This document shows, one piece after another, positions 7,938 to 17,086 of a DNA stretch of 64,000 nucleotides. How positions within the stretch are numbered: the first letter of the stretch is position 1; the number at the start of each line of letters is the position of its first letter. A program made the position numbers and the translations under genes. Source of the DNA: an uncultured bacterium (GTDB taxonomy: Bacteria > Actinomycetota > Acidimicrobiia > Spongiisociales > UBA5794); the NCBI GenBank assembly GCA_963777645.1, contig CAVZRA010000007.1, forward strand, positions 11,580 to 75,579, in the 5' to 3' direction. The notes under the pieces were generated by a model. The model saw nothing but the letters and a program-made list of their open reading frames with translations. It made no database searches and was not told the DNA's origin.

Positions 7938-10311
7938 TGATTCCTCCTATGGAGATCTGGTAGTCGATTCCTTCCCAGCCGGTGCTACGACGAATCGTAA
8001 ATAGGATCGAGCCTTGCTCCGGAAGGTCCGACCCGGGGATATCGATGTAGTGCATTCCGATGCCACTGTCGATGGTGTCTGCGTCGATCCGGGAAGTCCA
8101 ATTGTCAGTTGACCACCGTATGGTCGCCGATTCGGGGAGTTCAATGCGCAACGGCACGCCCGACTCGATGTCTGTGATCTTGTGGTTGGGGCGCCAGAAG
8201 CGCCGCGACGCCGCTACCGGGTCGGCATGATGCCTGGTGACGGCTCCCGGTAGATCGAAGATCTCGTGATCGGCGACCGATCGCAGCAGTTTGACGTACT
8301 CAGCGTGGGCCCACACCAGTGGTCTGGCGGATCCGGAAGCGGATCCAAAGACGAGCTCGCGTTCCGGTATGTCGGGTGCGTCCCAGATCTGCTCCGGGAT
8401 GAGCCCACTCGGCTCCGCCATGATCTCGATCGCTTTGATGAGCTCAGAGACAAGCGTGGTGTTGCCTGCCGCCAGCTCGTAGTGGGCGCGTTCGCCGGTC
8501 AGCAACGGCCATACTCGACCCCGGCCGGTGCCGTCGAAGGGACGACCGTCGTCGTGCTCGCCGTATCCGTCGCCGGTGTAGCGACGCCAACCCGGCCCGT
8601 AGTCGAACTCCTCGCGGAGGGTTGCGTCGATCACGGCGATGGTGTTGACGATGCGTGGATCATCCGGTTCCCTGAGGCCAAAGCGCACCAGAGCAAGCGC
8701 GTCCGGGCTCACCACCGCAGAAGCGGCCGCGACGTTCTGTCCCGCGGGCCGGTTCTTGATGCTGATCGATCCACCGACCGGCGCCTCGATGTTGTCGGTG
8801 GCACCGATCCTCACGTAGTAGCCGGGCACACCGACCACGGTGGCAAGGTCGGTGCCAGTTGCGTAGCACCATGCCTCGATGTGGGCATCCCAGCAGTCCG
8901 CCGTCTCCCTGAGGTACCGGGCAACTGTTCGCTCGTCACGGTGCTCTGCCATTTCGGCGGCGACAAGGAGGGCGGCGATCTCAGTGGCGAGAGAGAAAGG
9001 CGAGTAGCCACCGTCCTCCTCCCAGCGATCCTGGCCGGTGACCGGGCCGTTGGCCACGATGTAGCCAGCGGCAGACCGAACCATAGGCCAATAGCGGTCA
9101 CGCGCCTCCGGGGCGTCGAGGGCGCCTGAGGCTTTCGCCAGGTCCAGTAACAGAACCGGGAGCGCCGTTTCGTCGATCTGCACCCCACCCCAGTAGGGAG
9201 TCCCGTCGAGCCACATGTTCTGGGCCCAATGCCCGTCGGCTTCCTGGGTGGCCCGGAGATACGAGAGAGCGCGGAGGCCCTCAGCGTGTGCCCCGATAGC
9301 GAGTAGCCCTCCCGCCGTCTCAACGTGATCTCGTGGCCACACGAGGTGGTAGCCACCGAGATCCTGGTCACCCATGGAGTCCCCCCACGGGATGGAGAGC
9401 GAGGCAATCAGGCCACCTGGGAACGTAGCAGCTTCGTGCGTTGCCAGCACCGCTGCGCTCGTCCTTGCCATGGCACGATCCGACGGCAAGGTGATACTTC
9501 GTTGCCAATCCTCCCATTGGTTGCGGTACACGTCGAGGGCGGAGGAGAAGCCGTCACGCAGGGAGGCGATTGCGTGATGAGCAGCCTCAGCAGGTGCCCG
9601 ACCGAAGCCCATCGCTACGGTGAACCGCCCGTCGCATGCATCCAGGTCGGGCTGTAAGGCGATCGCAACATTGCCGTCGTCTGCGCGCTCCCATCGCCAG
9701 GTGAAAGCCTGATTGTGATGCAGGTCCTGCCAGGCATCGGAGGTGCCGACGTACCCCACCGAGCGAGCCACCACCGGGGTGTCGACGGCGCATGCGATTG
9801 CGATGTCGTCGCGTTGGGCGAACACCATTTCTGTTCCCTTGTGGACTTCGACCCAGGCCGAGTTGCCGGCTCCCTGATTGCCGAGGTGGGGGGCCGCCAG
9901 GAATACAACAGTGTGCTCACCCGGCCCGGACTCCACGGCGTCGTAGCAGACGTCGATCAAGACGACCGGCCGGATCGGGTCGGAAATGTAGCGCTGAGTG
10001 ACCTCGAAGGTCCCGCCGGGATCCGATAATTCGACGGCGAACGCCGGGATGCCGGGATCAATCGCCCTCGTGTGATGGGCGCAGTCGCGCTTCTCGTCGA
10101 TGAATCGCCCGTCCGGAGTGATCATCAGAAACTGTGCGTCACGAACCGCAGCCTGATCGATGCGTGGGTAGTAGATCTCGTTGAGGATGCCGTGGCTCAA
10201 GGTGAACCACACCGGGCTTGCCGCCGAATGGGCCGAGCCGACAGCTTCCTTTGCGCTTGACGTCCAGCGCGCGTCTATTCCGGGCGCTCCGGGGGCGTAT
10301 CGAGGTGACAT
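7930..10311 (-). CDS. glycoside hydrolase family 15 (glucoamylase/glucodextranase- or trehalase-like)
   Basis: Start trimmed to MSPRYAPGAPGIDARWTSSAKE (ATG at 10311, GGGGGA upstream). GH15 catalytic-domain motifs GGYHLVWPRDHVETAGGLL and RWEEDGGYSPFSLATEIAAL. N-terminal beta-sandwich and a C-terminal extra domain. Confidence 0.8.
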   Translation of the reverse strand: MSPRYAPGAPGIDARWTSSAKEAVGSAHSAASPVWFTLSHGILNEIYYPRIDQAAVRDAQFLMITPDGRFIDEKRDCAHHTRAIDPGIPAFAVELSDPGGTFEVTQRYISDPIRPVVLIDVCYDAVESGPGEHTVVFLAAPHLGNQGAGNSAWVEVHKGTEMVFAQRDDIAIACAVDTPVVARSVGYVGTSDAWQDLHHNQAFTWRWERADDGNVAIALQPDLDACDGRFTVAMGFGRAPAEAAHHAIASLRDGFSSALDVYRNQWEDWQRSITLPSDRAMARTSAAVLATHEAATFPGGLIASLSIPWGDSMGDQDLGGYHLVWPRDHVETAGGLLAIGAHAEGLRALSYLRATQEADGHWAQNMWLDGTPYWGGVQIDETALPVLLLDLAKASGALDAPEARDRYWPMVRSAAGYIVANGPVTGQDRWEEDGGYSPFSLATEIAALLVAAEMAEHRDERTVARYLRETADCWDAHIEAWCYATGTDLATVVGVPGYYVRIGATDNIEAPVGGSISIKNRPAGQNVAAASAVVSPDALALVRFGLREPDDPRIVNTIAVIDATLREEFDYGPGWRRYTGDGYGEHDDGRPFDGTGRGRVWPLLTGERAHYELAAGNTTLVSELIKAIEIMAEPSGLIPEQIWDAPDIPERELVFGSASGSARPLVWAHAEYVKLLRSVADHEIFDLPGAVTRHHADPVAASRRFWRPNHKITDIESGVPLRIELPESATIRWSTDNWTSRIDADTIDSGIGMHYIDIPGSDLPEQGSILFTIRRSTGWEGIDYQISIGGINE

Positions 10312-10417
10312 CAGCGTTCCCCCAACACCTTCGCGATGTTCGTGGTGGGTATCTCCAGGCTGAGACTGTCTTCGATGGTGTCGGCGGCGTAGCTCATGGG
10401 ATCTCCTCAGGTTTGCA

Positions 10418-10702
10418 TCACGAGGCTTGTCGATGCTCTTCGACTCTGATCCACTCGACGAAGGAGGCAACGTCTCCGCTGCGCTCATCGGCGATGTAGG
10501 TGTGAGCCCACTCCTCGATCTGCTTATCGGTGAACCCCTGACTGTGTAGCAACTCTCGAGCCTCGTTGGCGAGCAACTCCGAGCCCTCGAGGTGAGAAGC
10601 GTCCGGCAGCCGGCTCTTGACGCCAGCTTGGTCTGGGTGCTCTGGCTTCAAGCTTTCCATTTCGGCGTCCTCTCTTGGATTTGCTCTGTCCATCACCGTC
10701 AT
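10418..10702 (-). CDS. hypothetical small acidic protein
   Basis: 94-codon ORF with no recognisable domain. It sits upstream of the GH15-zwf-permease operon on the same strand. Confidence 0.35.
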   Translation of the reverse strand: MTVMDRANPREDAEMESLKPEHPDQAGVKSRLPDASHLEGSELLANEARELLHSQGFTDKQIEEWAHTYIADERSGDVASFVEWIRVEEHRQAS

Positions 10703-10802
10703 TGTGACTGTACGGAGATGAGGTTCCGATGAGAGCCGGCTCTCATGTTCTTCTCAGCGGGCGCTCCCTACGTTGCGGGGAGAAAAGAACGGAGCAATTG
10801 AG

Positions 10803-12431
10803 ATGCACACACAGCAAGAGGTGGGTTCAGAGCCCAAGCAGAAGCCGGCTCACAACCGATGGGCAGCCCTGGTAGTAGTGGCACTGGCTACCGCAATGAT
10901 CATTCTCGACTCAACGGTTGTCGCAGTGGCGCTACCAACGATCATCGGCAAGCTGTCACTGAGCATCACGACCGCCGAATGGGTGACCACCATCTATACC
11001 GTCGCTTTCGCCGCGTTGCTCATCCCAGCAGGTCAGACGGTGGATCGGGTGGGTGCCCGCCGGCTGCTAATGCTCGGTATTGCGTTGTTTGTCGTTGGCT
11101 CGGCGCTGGCAGGCACCGCACCCTCCGGCGGAGTGTTGCTGTTCGCCAGGCTGGTACAGGGCACCGCAGGGGCGATGATTCTCCCCGCCTCACTGACCAC
11201 TCTCACCGATTTGTTCAACGATCGCTTTCGGCCCGCCGCGTTTGGCGTCTGGGGCGCCGTTATCGGGGGAATGGCTGCGTTCGGTCCTCTAGTGGGAGGT
11301 TGGCTCACAACGAACGTTGGTTGGCGTTGGGTGTTCTTCGTCAATCTACCGATCGCGATCATCCTGCTGGGCGCAGCCAGGTTTGTGATGCCAGAGCGTC
11401 TCGATAGGCGGGAATCCGCCGATTTCGATGTGCGGGGTGCCGCTCTGGTTGCGCTGGCTCTCGCCGCGTTCACTTTCGCTCTCGTGCAGGGGCAACGATA
11501 CGGATGGATCACTTCGATACGCACCGATCATCTCGGACCACTCAACTGGCGTCGCGGACCCATCTCTGAGAGTGCGGTCGGATTTGTGGTGGCGATGATG
11601 GCGGCCGCCGGGTTCTGGAGAAGGGAGCGCACCAAGCAGCGCACCGAGCAACCAACCTACATCGCCTGGCACCTGTTTGAGCTGAGGGGCTTCCGTTACG
11701 GAAACATCGCAGGTGCTTTCGTGAACTTTGGTGAGGTGGGGCTCATCTTCGTGCTCCCGCTGTTCCTCCAGGCGGTGCTGGGGCTGAGTGCCTGGGACAC
11801 AGGAGTGATCCTGGCCGCACTCGCCGCCGGTGCCTTTCTCGGCGGTCCCACCGCCGGTGAGATGGCGAGACGACGCGGTGAGCGACTGGTCGTGTTGACG
11901 GGGATCGTCATCTTGATGTTTGGCATCGCCGGCGCGGCCTGGGTGGTCAGCCCAACCATCACCGGTGCCAAGCTGGCGCCGTGGTTGTTTATCGCCGGTG
12001 TTGGCATCGGTGCCGTGCAGGCGCAGCTTTCGAGCGTGATCCTCGATGGCGTCGCCGAGGAGGACGCCGGTCAAGCGTCCGGTGCGCAGAGCACGTTCCG
12101 GCAGCTAGGTGCGACATTTGGAGTCGCCCTCATCGGTACCGTGCTCACCCTGACGCTCACGGCACGGGCGAACACGGCCTTGAGCTCTGTTGCGGCGATA
12201 CCGCAGGCGCAGGCGGTTCAGGTCACCGAAGCGCTTTCCGCCAGTGGTGGCACCGCCCTCGCTCAGCTTCGTCAGGAGCCCAAGCTGGCTCCGGTGATTC
12301 CGTCGCTCGACGATGGCTTTGCGGTCGCAGTGCAACGGTCGATGTGGGTGGCTCTGGCCGGATTCACTGTTGCCCTAGGGGCCGCGGCTGCTCTACCCGA
12401 ACGTACCGGCGGGCGGTCGGGGTCGGCGTGA
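10803..12431 (+). CDS. MFS transporter, DHA2 (EmrB/QacA, 14-TMS) type
   Basis: ATG at 10803 preceded by GGAG. Motifs LDSTVVAVALPTI and GQTVDRVGARRLLMLG. Long protein with about 14 hydrophobic segments. Confidence 0.8.
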   Translation: MHTQQEVGSEPKQKPAHNRWAALVVVALATAMIILDSTVVAVALPTIIGKLSLSITTAEWVTTIYTVAFAALLIPAGQTVDRVGARRLLMLGIALFVVGSALAGTAPSGGVLLFARLVQGTAGAMILPASLTTLTDLFNDRFRPAAFGVWGAVIGGMAAFGPLVGGWLTTNVGWRWVFFVNLPIAIILLGAARFVMPERLDRRESADFDVRGAALVALALAAFTFALVQGQRYGWITSIRTDHLGPLNWRRGPISESAVGFVVAMMAAAGFWRRERTKQRTEQPTYIAWHLFELRGFRYGNIAGAFVNFGEVGLIFVLPLFLQAVLGLSAWDTGVILAALAAGAFLGGPTAGEMARRRGERLVVLTGIVILMFGIAGAAWVVSPTITGAKLAPWLFIAGVGIGAVQAQLSSVILDGVAEEDAGQASGAQSTFRQLGATFGVALIGTVLTLTLTARANTALSSVAAIPQAQAVQVTEALSASGGTALAQLRQEPKLAPVIPSLDDGFAVAVQRSMWVALAGFTVALGAAAALPERTGGRSGSA

Positions 12432-12448
12432 TGATGCCTACCCGGCGC

Positions 12449-13813
12449 TCAACGGTTGCCCCTGGCGTTTCTGGCGGCGAGCATTCGGCCACGGAGGCTG
12501 TCGTAGATCGGAGGGTTCCGCAGCAGAGCGGCGGTGAGCGTTGCCGCAAACGCTGCTGCCAACATCGGTACCACCAACGTCGTCACCGTGGTCATCTCGA
12601 TTATCAACAGAATGCCAGTGAATGGGGCGCGCACGATGACCGCAAAAAGGGTCGTCATACCGACAATGGCAAACGCGGTCAGAGACAGCCCGGGTCCGGA
12701 CAGCACCCGGGATACCAGCTCGTATGCGACGGCACCCCAGAGCGCGCCGACGGCTAGAAGCGGGGAGAACAGTCCGCCTGCCGTTTGCGCCGAGTACGAA
12801 GCGGGACCCAGGAAGAAGCGAGCCACGAAATACCCTCCTACCGCGGCAACGGCGATGCCACCTCCGAGGAGTTTCTGGGTCAACTGATCACCGCCGCCGG
12901 TTGCGACCAGAGGGTCGACCCAGAGCAGCATGCCGACAATGGTCGCTACCACTGTCGCCTGCAGGAGCGGTGACAGCTTTGCCGCACGATCCGATAGGGT
13001 CAGAAAGCCGGTGATGAGACGGTTGTAGGCGACGCCGACAAGACCGGTTGCAATACCGAAGACGATGAAGACGACGATCGTCCAGCCTGCAGGCGTCCCG
13101 ACCGGTGAGACGGCGAAATCCGGATGATCTCCGAGGATGACACGTGACATGGCGATGGCACTGGAGGTGCCGATCAGGGTTACCAGACCGAGGCGCAGCC
13201 GAATCGATTTAGCTACTTCCTCAAAGACAAACATCGCTCCACCGAGCGGAGCGTTGAAGGCAACGCCAAGGCCGGCACCTCCGAGTGACGTCTGCAGCGT
13301 GCGCACGTCCTCCTCCGAGAGATGGAACCACTGTCCGACGACAGCGCCAATCGCAGCCCCCAGATGGACAGTTGGTCCCTCACGGCCGAGCGCGAGCCCT
13401 CCCCCTATCGCCAGGAAGCCGCCGACGAACTTGGCCGGTATGACCTTCCACGAGGTCGCAGGCATCTCACCCCGCCAAACCGCCTCCACATCCTGGATGC
13501 CACTACCCGATGAGCGTGGCACGAGGACGACGAGGAGGCGAGCCGCGAGCACCAATACAACAGCGACCACGATCGGCAGTATCCAGCCTGGTCCTGGCAG
13601 GCGATGTGCCCATTCCAGAAAGCTGCCACGCCACTCGTCAGCGTCTATGAGCAACATGCGGAAATAGCCACCGACGACACCTACCGCAAGACCGGCGAGT
13701 GCCGCCACAAGGCTGATGACAACGAGACCCCTGAGATCCTGGCCGGCGGGATCCTCACCCAGCGGGCCGCGGGGGAGTGTCGAGTCGTCGTCGATTGGTG
13801 GTTTCTCGGCCAT
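12449..13813 (-). CDS. ClC-family chloride/proton antiporter
   Basis: Canonical ClC selectivity motifs GSGIQ, GREGPTVHLG and GGLFSPLL. Confidence 0.9.
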   Translation of the reverse strand: MAEKPPIDDDSTLPRGPLGEDPAGQDLRGLVVISLVAALAGLAVGVVGGYFRMLLIDADEWRGSFLEWAHRLPGPGWILPIVVAVVLVLAARLLVVLVPRSSGSGIQDVEAVWRGEMPATSWKVIPAKFVGGFLAIGGGLALGREGPTVHLGAAIGAVVGQWFHLSEEDVRTLQTSLGGAGLGVAFNAPLGGAMFVFEEVAKSIRLRLGLVTLIGTSSAIAMSRVILGDHPDFAVSPVGTPAGWTIVVFIVFGIATGLVGVAYNRLITGFLTLSDRAAKLSPLLQATVVATIVGMLLWVDPLVATGGGDQLTQKLLGGGIAVAAVGGYFVARFFLGPASYSAQTAGGLFSPLLAVGALWGAVAYELVSRVLSGPGLSLTAFAIVGMTTLFAVIVRAPFTGILLIIEMTTVTTLVVPMLAAAFAATLTAALLRNPPIYDSLRGRMLAARNARGNR

Positions 13814-14030
13814 TCTCGAATCTCACAGATGCAACGGTGGCAAAGGAGCAGCCTAACTCGCTGGGCGTGACCGGCTCATGGTCCTCTCATCGTGGCCATG
13901 TCATCATGAGCGCGACCCCGACAAAGGGCTCGTCCGCTGCTCGGTAGGGTAATTCCTGTCGCATCGGATGGGTCACCGCTTTGTCGGGAGGCACTGAGAC
14001 CTGCCAGGGACGCAACAAGGAGATTGGCTC

Positions 14031-15068
14031 ATGACCGACAAAGACACAGTCCAGCAGACCGACCTCGGCATGGTGGGGTTGGGGAGGATGGGAGCGAACA
14101 TGGTTCGCAGGCTCATCAAGGCCGGGATCAGAGTCGTCGCCTACGACGTGAACCCGGACGCCGTGGCCGATCTCGCAAATGAGGGCGCTGAAGGGGCCGA
14201 TTCCATCGAAGACCTTGTTGCAAAGCTGGCCCCGCCCCGGGCTGTGTGGGTGATGGTGCCTGCAGCGTACGTGCAATCTGTGATCGACGATTTGCAGGGC
14301 CGGTTGGAACCAGGGGACGTGATCGTCGATGGCGGCAACAGCAACTATCGCGATGACATCCAGCGGTACAAGGCGCTCAGCCAATCCAGGATCGGGTTCA
14401 TCGACTGCGGGACAAGCGGTGGGGTTTGGGGTCTCGAGCGTGGCTACGGATTGATGATCGGTGGCGACGAACCGGATGTGCGCCGCCTCGACCCGATCTT
14501 TGCGGCAATTGCCCCGGGTCGGGACGCCGCACCGCCCACACCGGGGCGCATTCGCAAGGATGGTACGGCGCCAGATGGGTACCACCATTGTGGCCCGGCC
14601 GGCGCAGGCCACTTCGTAAAAATGGTCCACAACGGTGTCGAGTACGGCATGATGGCGGCCATCGCCGAGGGTCTGTCCATCATCGAAGGCGCCGACATCG
14701 GGATGGACCACAGGGCCAAGGACGCGGAGACGACGCCGATGCGTGATCCCGAGGCATACCAGTACCAGATCGACGTGTCCGAGGTCGCAGAGGTGTGGCG
14801 CCGAGGCACGGTGATTGCCTCCTGGCTCATCGATCTGACCGCCGACGCGTTGGCAAGCGACGAAGACCTTGCCGAGTTCGCCGGCAGGGTCTCCGACTCG
14901 GGGGAAGGTCGGTGGACGGCTATCGCCGCCATCGAGGAAGGCATACCCGCACCGGTCATCACCACCGCACTCCAGGAGCGCTTTGCTTCGCGTGACGCCG
15001 GTCTGTTTGCGGATCGTGTTCTCTCGGCGATGCGAAACGAGTTCGGCGGCCACGCTGAGAAGGATTAG
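14031..15068 (+). CDS. gnd: 6-phosphogluconate dehydrogenase, short decarboxylating (Gnd-like/YqeC-type)
   Basis: AAGGAG lies upstream of the ATG. Rossmann motif GMVGLGRMGANMVRRL. Also GHFVKMVHNGVEYGMMAAIAEG and EGRWT. Confidence 0.85.
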   Translation: MTDKDTVQQTDLGMVGLGRMGANMVRRLIKAGIRVVAYDVNPDAVADLANEGAEGADSIEDLVAKLAPPRAVWVMVPAAYVQSVIDDLQGRLEPGDVIVDGGNSNYRDDIQRYKALSQSRIGFIDCGTSGGVWGLERGYGLMIGGDEPDVRRLDPIFAAIAPGRDAAPPTPGRIRKDGTAPDGYHHCGPAGAGHFVKMVHNGVEYGMMAAIAEGLSIIEGADIGMDHRAKDAETTPMRDPEAYQYQIDVSEVAEVWRRGTVIASWLIDLTADALASDEDLAEFAGRVSDSGEGRWTAIAAIEEGIPAPVITTALQERFASRDAGLFADRVLSAMRNEFGGHAEKD

Positions 15069-15100
15069 CGAAGTCGCCACCAGGCGGGCGCGCAGCCAGA

Positions 15101-16138
15101 ATGAGCCGCATGGACAACGATTTGATCCGGGATGAGTTTCCGGACACAGCCGGCTATTTGAACACGGCATCGGTGGGCCTACCATCGCAAACCGCCTTGC
15201 AGGCGATACACACGGCGCTGGATGATTGGGCGGCAGGTCGGTCCGACCCGGTTGCGTTCGACGCGGACGTGGATCGAGCCCGCCGTGCCTACGCCCGACT
15301 TGCCGGCACGACTTCGGAATCGGTTGCCATTGTCAGCCAGGTGTCGGTGGCCAGTGCCATGGTGGCCGCCTCGTTACCGGATGGGGCGCGGGTGCTTTGT
15401 GCCGAGGAAGACTTTGCGTCGGTGTTGTTCCCGTTCCTCGCAGAGCGCAGGCTTGAAGTCGAATTCGTCCCTCTGGCATCGTTGCTCTCACATATCGATG
15501 AGAGAATCGATTTGGTTGCGGTGAGTGCCGCTCAATCCTCCGACGGCCGGGTGATCGATCTAGACGCGCTCGCAAGGATCGCTGCCGACACCGACACCAG
15601 GACCTATGTCGATGTGAGCCAATCTGCGGGCTGGCTGCCGCTAGGAGCAGACAGGTTCGACGTTACCGCCGGGGGCGCATACAAGTGGCTGCTCTCGCCG
15701 CGCGGCTCGGGATTTGTCACGGTGGCACCGCACGCGGATTGGGTGCGCCCGCTCTATCCGGGCTGGTACAGCGCCCAGGAACCGTGGGGTGCGTTGTACG
15801 GACCGCCGCTGCGCCTCGCCGACGATGCCCGACGGTTCGACGCGTCACCTGCGTGGTTCGACATGGTCGGTGCGGCTCGGTCGCTCGAGCTGTTGGCGGG
15901 AATCGGTGTGGAGGCGATTCAACATCACAGTGTTGGGCTCGCCAACGCTCTCAGGTCACATCTGGGCCTGGCACCGTCCAACAGTGCCATCGTCAGCGTG
16001 ACGACCGACCGAGCCCCCGCCTTGATGGAAGCGGGCATTAGGGGTGCTGTTCGGGCCGGTCGGGTCAGGCTCTCGTTCTACCTGTACAACACGAGCGAGG
16101 ACGTTGCCCGGGCGGCGGCCGCGCTTGGATACTGCTAG
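15101..16138 (+). CDS. class V aminotransferase-fold PLP enzyme (cysteine desulfurase/kynureninase-like)
   Basis: YLNTASVGLPS N-terminus and general class-V layout (VSAAQSSDGRVIDL..., GGAYKWLLSPRGSGF). Confidence 0.7.
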   Translation: MSRMDNDLIRDEFPDTAGYLNTASVGLPSQTALQAIHTALDDWAAGRSDPVAFDADVDRARRAYARLAGTTSESVAIVSQVSVASAMVAASLPDGARVLCAEEDFASVLFPFLAERRLEVEFVPLASLLSHIDERIDLVAVSAAQSSDGRVIDLDALARIAADTDTRTYVDVSQSAGWLPLGADRFDVTAGGAYKWLLSPRGSGFVTVAPHADWVRPLYPGWYSAQEPWGALYGPPLRLADDARRFDASPAWFDMVGAARSLELLAGIGVEAIQHHSVGLANALRSHLGLAPSNSAIVSVTTDRAPALMEAGIRGAVRAGRVRLSFYLYNTSEDVARAAAALGYC

Positions 16139-16995
16139 CCGAGTCCGGCCGCATTACGACGAAAGAGAAACGAGACCCAGGACCGGTACGGTGCCCATGC
16201 GCCGCTGATGGCGGCGAGCTCAGCGACGGAAGCCGCCGGGCGGTGGTATGCCGCCCGCATCGCTGCGTGGAGCCGCTGCTCGGCGCTCGGGAACACGTCG
16301 GGATGGCCGGCGCCGCGTACCAGGATCAGCTCGGCCGAGAACGGTCCAATCCCGGTGATGGTTCGCAGCCGCTCCAGCGCTTCGTCGGTGCCGACCGCCC
16401 GCAGCGCTGTGGGATCGAGCAATCCCTCAAGGGCAGCCTCAGCCACTGCGTGGAGTCGTTCGAGCTTCGCCGACGAGACGCCGGGTAGCGATGTGAGGGC
16501 GAGCAGGCGGCTCGGCGAAGGGAACGCAGCGAGGTCGGCAATCTTCTCGCCGTGCTCGGCCGCAATCCGGTTCTTGGTCCGCGACGCCTGGGTCATAGAG
16601 GACCGTTGCGAGATGACACCCCATACAGCGGCCTCGTAGGGAGTCCAGAAGCACACTGGACGCAGACCGGGGGAGTCGGCAATCAACTCGCCGGCGATGG
16701 GATCAAGGGCGCCGATCCCGGCCATGCCGGTCCCGTCGATATCGACCGAGAGGACGCGCGACACATGTGCGGATACGGCTTCTTCGTCGGCTCCGCCCCG
16801 AAACGTCGCCCGCAGCGCGGTCCCGTTCGCCGACACCTCGATTTCAACAGGATTCCAGGTGTCTTCAATGCAGGTCGCCCAGCGCAGTGTTGCCGCGCTG
16901 TTCTGGTCGGACGCCGTTGGTGGCCATCCGGAGAGGAAGGAGATCGCAGAGCCGAGGTCATATGGCCCTTGCGGCCGGATTGTGAGCGTATCCAT
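16135..16995 (-). CDS. HhH-GPD DNA glycosylase (AlkA-like, 3-methyladenine glycosylase II family)
   Basis: Helix-hairpin-helix motif ITGIGPFSAELILVRGAGHPDVFPSAE. GAGGGGAAACA lies upstream of the ATG. Its stop overlaps the aminotransferase stop (CTAG). Confidence 0.7.
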   Translation of the reverse strand: MDTLTIRPQGPYDLGSAISFLSGWPPTASDQNSAATLRWATCIEDTWNPVEIEVSANGTALRATFRGGADEEAVSAHVSRVLSVDIDGTGMAGIGALDPIAGELIADSPGLRPVCFWTPYEAAVWGVISQRSSMTQASRTKNRIAAEHGEKIADLAAFPSPSRLLALTSLPGVSSAKLERLHAVAEAALEGLLDPTALRAVGTDEALERLRTITGIGPFSAELILVRGAGHPDVFPSAEQRLHAAMRAAYHRPAASVAELAAISGAWAPYRSWVSFLFRRNAAGLG

Positions 16996-17040
16996 TGTTT
17001 CCCCTCGATGCCGTGTCAGGCTGTTCTATGTCCCGATGTG

Positions 17041-17081
17041 CAGTATAAGTATGCTTATATTATATCAGCATACTTATACTG
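17041..17081. promoter_or_regulatory. perfect 15-bp inverted repeat (candidate MarR operator) overlapping divergent promoter elements
   Basis: cagtataagtatgct-N11-agcatacttatactg. It lies in the only strongly AT-rich patch of this intergenic region. The spacer reads TATAAT on the minus strand. TATACT ends 6 nt before the marR ATG. Confidence 0.6.
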
Positions 17082-17086
17082 TTGGC

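Noticed and set aside
10312-10488. 59-codon N-terminal extension of the GH15 ORF (MSAAETLPPSS...RRRHHRRQSQ)
   Set aside because: It is a low-complexity Arg/His/Ser-rich sequence with no SD. The internal ATG at 10311 has GGGGGA upstream and starts with MSPRYAPGAPGIDARWTSS, a typical GH15 N-terminus.
13814-14030. Fluoride (crcB-motif) riboswitch upstream of the ClC gene
   Set aside because: The ClC protein has the canonical chloride-type motifs (GSGIQ with Ser, GREGP, GxFxP) rather than ClC-F signatures. I could not find the conserved GGnGAUG...CUGAUG...CCUAC pattern on the minus strand.
13887-15185. 432-codon minus-strand ORF covering the whole gnd-like gene
   Set aside because: It is antisense to an ORF with clear 6-phosphogluconate dehydrogenase motifs. 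Its translation is Arg/Pro/His/Gly-rich with no domain-like pattern, which is the usual high-GC antisense artefact. The same reasoning rejects 2902..3894, 18255..19217, 25693..26553, 29942..31210, 43277..44680 and 54910..56175.
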